Below are positions 60,626 through 64,000 of a stretch of 64,000 bases of DNA, piece after piece. The position numbers and the translations under genes were made by a program. Location of the stretch: sequence record DRR378314_251. One strand, given 5' to 3'. Numbering within the stretch: the first letter of the stretch is position 1; each line of letters begins with the position of its first letter. Below the pieces are notes generated by a model, which was not told the origin of the DNA, did no database searches, and saw nothing but the letters and a program-made list of their open reading frames with translations.

Positions 60626-63205
60626 TCAGTTTCCAGATCTTTGCGATTTTTGTCCTAGATGGTGGACACCCTCTTCACTCAAGCCAACGAGAAATTCATG
60701 CACAGATTTGTTGGCGATCATGTCTGAGACCTCATGTTCATCGAACCCGATCTCCTCCAGGATTTCCTGGGAGTGCTGCCCAAAGTAATTTCCTGAAGTT
60801 GGAACATACCAAGACGCCTCTTCACCCACTCGAATAAAGTTAGGGGCAATTTGAACGATTGGAAGCTCCCATGGATGATCCGACCAACTCAGAATTTCCG
60901 TTGTAACCGGGTGGGTCCCCACAAACTCGTCAGAATTAAGCTCACGCACTGGGTATATTTCAAAAACATCTTTTGCACCAACGACCCTGTGGGCACCCAT
61001 TCCGGCCTCAATCAGTAGCTCACACCATTCTGCGGCCGACTTTTGTGCAAACTGTGCCTCAAGTGCCTCTTCTAAAGACACCTCTTCAGCCTCAACAATA
61101 TCAACACCCGCAAGCTCGAGTAAGTCTGAGCTGCCCATTTGAGACGTTCCAACAAATATCCACTGTCCATCTGCACATTCATACATGCGCTGGTACCAGC
61201 TAAATCCTTTTGCGAACTGACCACGCGGCTCCCCCCAGTCGCTATTCCCATTTTCTGCAATCATGAACGGCAGTTGTACGTAGTTGATCATCCTGGCCAG
61301 AGACGTGCGCGCTTCCGATCCTGTTCCAGTTTTTGTGGCCTGGTAAGCACCAAGCAATGCCGCAACACAGACTGAGTATCCCCCCATGATATCGGTAGTC
61401 GCAACATTACTGTGCCATTGCGGATACTCAATCGTGCCGAACTGAGCCATCATTCCGCTTGCAGACTGGAGCGATAAATCAAAACCAACTCGCCGTTCCC
61501 AGCCCCCTCTATTTCGATACGTCCCGCCAAACGCAGATAGCTGACAAACCACAGCCTTCGGATTGATTTTATTAACCTGATCAAAAGACACGCCAAGACG
61601 CGCATCTGTTCCGTCTACAGAATTGTGCACAACGATATCTGCCCAGCCAAATAAGCGCTCTAGAACTTCTCGCGCTTGAGCAGACGATGGGTCTATCAGG
61701 ATGCATCTTTTCCCATGCATATACTGCGCGCTAATCGCCAACCCAGTTGGCCCCATAAAAAACTCTGGTGGATCGACTTTCACCACGTTCGCGCCAAATT
61801 GCGCCAATCCTGCACAGCCAATGGGCCCAGCTGCAACATTGGTAAAATCCAGAATCTTTAAACCAGATAGTAATTCGTGCTTTTTGACGTCCTGCGCTTT
61901 TTCAATCGATATGTCGGTTTCGCCCGGTGCCAATGCTTTGAAAAACTGTTCGGCGTTGACATATTCGGGCTCATAAAAACGCGGCTCAATCACCCGCCCG
62001 GAAGCGTCAGAAACATCAGCAAACCGCCCCACAGTCGTAAGCTCAGGTGACTGGCTACTCATTTGGGCTAGCACACCTGAACTCAACATAGCGTCGAGTT
62101 TAAGCCACTCGGACCGGGTTCGAAACATGCCTGTTGGAACACCTGCATCACCCAGAATTGTGTCCCATTCCTCTGAGGTTTTTTCCAGAAAAGCGTTTCT
62201 TATGAGCTCTGCAAGCCGCGCCTTTCGCTTGTCTGTGAGATTAGCCTGATCGCTGATATTGTTGTCATAGCTTTGTTCCCAACAACCAAAATCGACAAAC
62301 CCCTCATTAATTAGGACGTCATAGATCCCAAGCGCTTTCAGGAATTTTGTGTTGAACTTTTGTGCATTGTTGGTCCAATGCAAAATCTGCCTGCCATCTG
62401 AGCAATGGTGCGCCCTGTTTGTTGCGAGCATTCCAAATGCATCCCACGTCGCAGCCGTTAGTTTCCGCAACGTTTGCTCTTTTGTATCAGTCGCCGAATA
62501 CATTAGATGCTTTAGGTCATCTGGAACGGGCAGTGGGTCATTAACAGCCTCAACTCCAATGCTATGCATCCAAACTTTATAAGTCAGAATCATCATCGTA
62601 GCGTCTACCATTGGGATCTCAATGATTGTGCCAGAACCAGTCTGTTCTCTTTTCAAAAGGGCTGCCATAACTGACTGGATGCCAAGCATTCCTCCGTACA
62701 TGGAGCATTGCGGGACCCAGGTCACAACAGGCGGGTATCCAAACCTCTCTCGAAAGACACTCGTCTCGCGGTACAAACATGACGCTGCCCCCATTACCCC
62801 TTCCCAAGCCTGGATATGGGATCGTTGTTTGTCGGTGGACGCAAACCCCGGCAAAGAAAGATAAACCAGTCCCGGATTTAGTGTTTTGACTGACGCATAG
62901 TCCAACCCCAATCGCTTCATCACACCGGGACGAAAATTTTCAATCAATACATCCGCTGATTTGATGAGCCTAAGCGCCTGTGCTTTGCCCTCTTCCGATT
63001 TAAGATCAATTTTGACTATCTTCTTGTTCCGGTTAAACACTCGAAACTGTTGACTGGGGAGTTCTTCACCGCCTGGCTTGAGCACCCGAATAACTTCCGC
63101 CCCCTGATCTGCGAGAAGCATTCCCGTCAAAGGGCCCGCATAATAGTGCCCAAAGTCCACGACCTTGATTTCCGATAGTGGACCTGTAGCTCCCTGTTTT
63201 GCCAT
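60626..63205 (-). CDS. Tandem double-domain family III CoA transferase, DddD-like
   Basis: DFGHYYAGP, ENFRPG, LSLPGFAS; second domain DFTNVAAGP, GFD. Confidence 0.88.
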   Translation of the reverse strand: MAKQGATGPLSEIKVVDFGHYYAGPLTGMLLADQGAEVIRVLKPGGEELPSQQFRVFNRNKKIVKIDLKSEEGKAQALRLIKSADVLIENFRPGVMKRLGLDYASVKTLNPGLVYLSLPGFASTDKQRSHIQAWEGVMGAASCLYRETSVFRERFGYPPVVTWVPQCSMYGGMLGIQSVMAALLKREQTGSGTIIEIPMVDATMMILTYKVWMHSIGVEAVNDPLPVPDDLKHLMYSATDTKEQTLRKLTAATWDAFGMLATNRAHHCSDGRQILHWTNNAQKFNTKFLKALGIYDVLINEGFVDFGCWEQSYDNNISDQANLTDKRKARLAELIRNAFLEKTSEEWDTILGDAGVPTGMFRTRSEWLKLDAMLSSGVLAQMSSQSPELTTVGRFADVSDASGRVIEPRFYEPEYVNAEQFFKALAPGETDISIEKAQDVKKHELLSGLKILDFTNVAAGPIGCAGLAQFGANVVKVDPPEFFMGPTGLAISAQYMHGKRCILIDPSSAQAREVLERLFGWADIVVHNSVDGTDARLGVSFDQVNKINPKAVVCQLSAFGGTYRNRGGWERRVGFDLSLQSASGMMAQFGTIEYPQWHSNVATTDIMGGYSVCVAALLGAYQATKTGTGSEARTSLARMINYVQLPFMIAENGNSDWGEPRGQFAKGFSWYQRMYECADGQWIFVGTSQMGSSDLLELAGVDIVEAEEVSLEEALEAQFAQKSAAEWCELLIEAGMGAHRVVGAKDVFEIYPVRELNSDEFVGTHPVTTEILSWSDHPWELPIVQIAPNFIRVGEEASWYVPTSGNYFGQHSQEILEEIGFDEHEVSDMIANKSVHEFLVGLSEEGVHHLGQKSQRSGN

Positions 63206-63254
63206 TGATTTCAGTCTCTTCTCTTAGGGGTACAATACCTATTTTAGTTGCCCG

Positions 63255-64000
63255 TTATACGCGCTCTCCGAGCGCGCGTGCACGATCCAAAAGCGATCCT
63301 TCGTCTTGCTCGAACTTAGAAAAAACTCTCAGGGCAAGTCCTGCTCCTGTCGCGCCAATCAGAAGGCTCCACGCCATAGACAAACGCAGCGCCTCTCCGC
63401 TCTCGCGCCCCGCCGCGATATACTGGTCACTTAGGTAGCCGACAAAGTATGGGCCAATCGCACCGCCAATAAATATGACAACCATTGTCGAGAACGCGCT
63501 CGTCGTCGCCCGGCACCGCGGCAATACCAGATCATTCAATGTGGACACGTAGGGGCTCGCCGAGCAGGCCGACAGTGTCAGCATCACAAAATAGACCGCA
63601 AATGCGTGAACTGTGTTTTCGGAAAGCAAAAAGATCCCCGCACAAAGAACCGCGCCAACATGCCCGCCAAACCAGACAAGAATTTTGCCTTTGCGCGTAT
63701 ACTGCCTGAGATAATCAGAAAGCAGACCGCCCGCCAGCATTCCGAAGAAACCAGCCAGCGCCGTACCTACCCCTGTTATCATTCCTACTTGAGAGGCACT
63801 GACGTCGTGAACGCGTTGAAGATAGGGGATCGCCCAGAATGGAAAGGCTATCCCTATAAAGACCATCGGGCCAGCAGCAATGATCATCCGAAGAACCGTT
63901 GGGCACTGGAAGATCATTCCGAATGCGACAGCATCACGAATAGCCAGTCCTTGCATCCATGAGAAAGCAGCATACACGCCTATTCCCAATGCAGTCCATT
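63255..64000 (-). CDS. MFS transporter (spinster-like), 5' end outside window
   Basis: Multiple TM segments, GGLLSDYL, R(A)T..A, GPYFVGYLSD. Confidence 0.82.
   Translation of the reverse strand, partial: WTALGIGVYAAFSWMQGLAIRDAVAFGMIFQCPTVLRMIIAAGPMVFIGIAFPFWAIPYLQRVHDVSASQVGMITGVGTALAGFFGMLAGGLLSDYLRQYTRKGKILVWFGGHVGAVLCAGIFLLSENTVHAFAVYFVMLTLSACSASPYVSTLNDLVLPRCRATTSAFSTMVVIFIGGAIGPYFVGYLSDQYIAAGRESGEALRLSMAWSLLIGATGAGLALRVFSKFEQDEGSLLDRARALGERV

Noticed and set aside
54352-63205. Assigning gene symbol dddD
   Set aside because: Architecture fits, but the paralogs are divergent and DMSP-pathway neighbours are absent.
1-64000. CRISPR array, tRNA or rRNA genes
   Set aside because: No regularly spaced repeats or recognisable RNA gene sequences seen by eye; a covariance search was not possible.

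Overview
Alphaproteobacterial chromosome segment (gene content suggests a marine Hyphomonadaceae-like organism; this is inference). It is a mosaic of catabolic genes and accessory islands. (1) 1-3.6 kb: 3' end of an ENPP/alkaline-phosphatase gene, two tandem SnoaL lipoproteins and an MBL hydrolase. (2) 3.9-18.2 kb: conflict/defence island. It holds a five-gene minus-strand operon (DUF4407 membrane coiled-coil, coiled-coil protein, secreted C2-like protein, Tat-signal RNase A-like toxin, small acidic immunity gene), a divergent giant protein with a degenerate STAND NTPase, a PIN-like protein, and a NACHT/STAND protein with a C-terminal PD-(D/E)XK nuclease. (3) aceA. (4) 20.9-31.3 kb accessory block: GAF histidine kinase plus REC-kinase fusion, a lipoprotein, a basic DNA-binding protein, and a tyrosinase / DUF2182 / S8 protease / propeptide-like operon. 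(5) ramB, glcB and a beta-oxidation cluster. (6) FecI/FecR/TonB receptor with a carboxylesterase, then AtuA, crotonase and SDR genes. (7) A dead IS3 element and an AT-richer cluster of three DddD-like double-domain CoA transferases, esterases and an MFS transporter. The best candidates for undescribed systems are the DUF4407-associated Tat-toxin/immunity operon with its inactive-STAND neighbour and the tyrosinase-protease-inhibitor operon. All family calls come from reading motifs by eye; no database searches were run.
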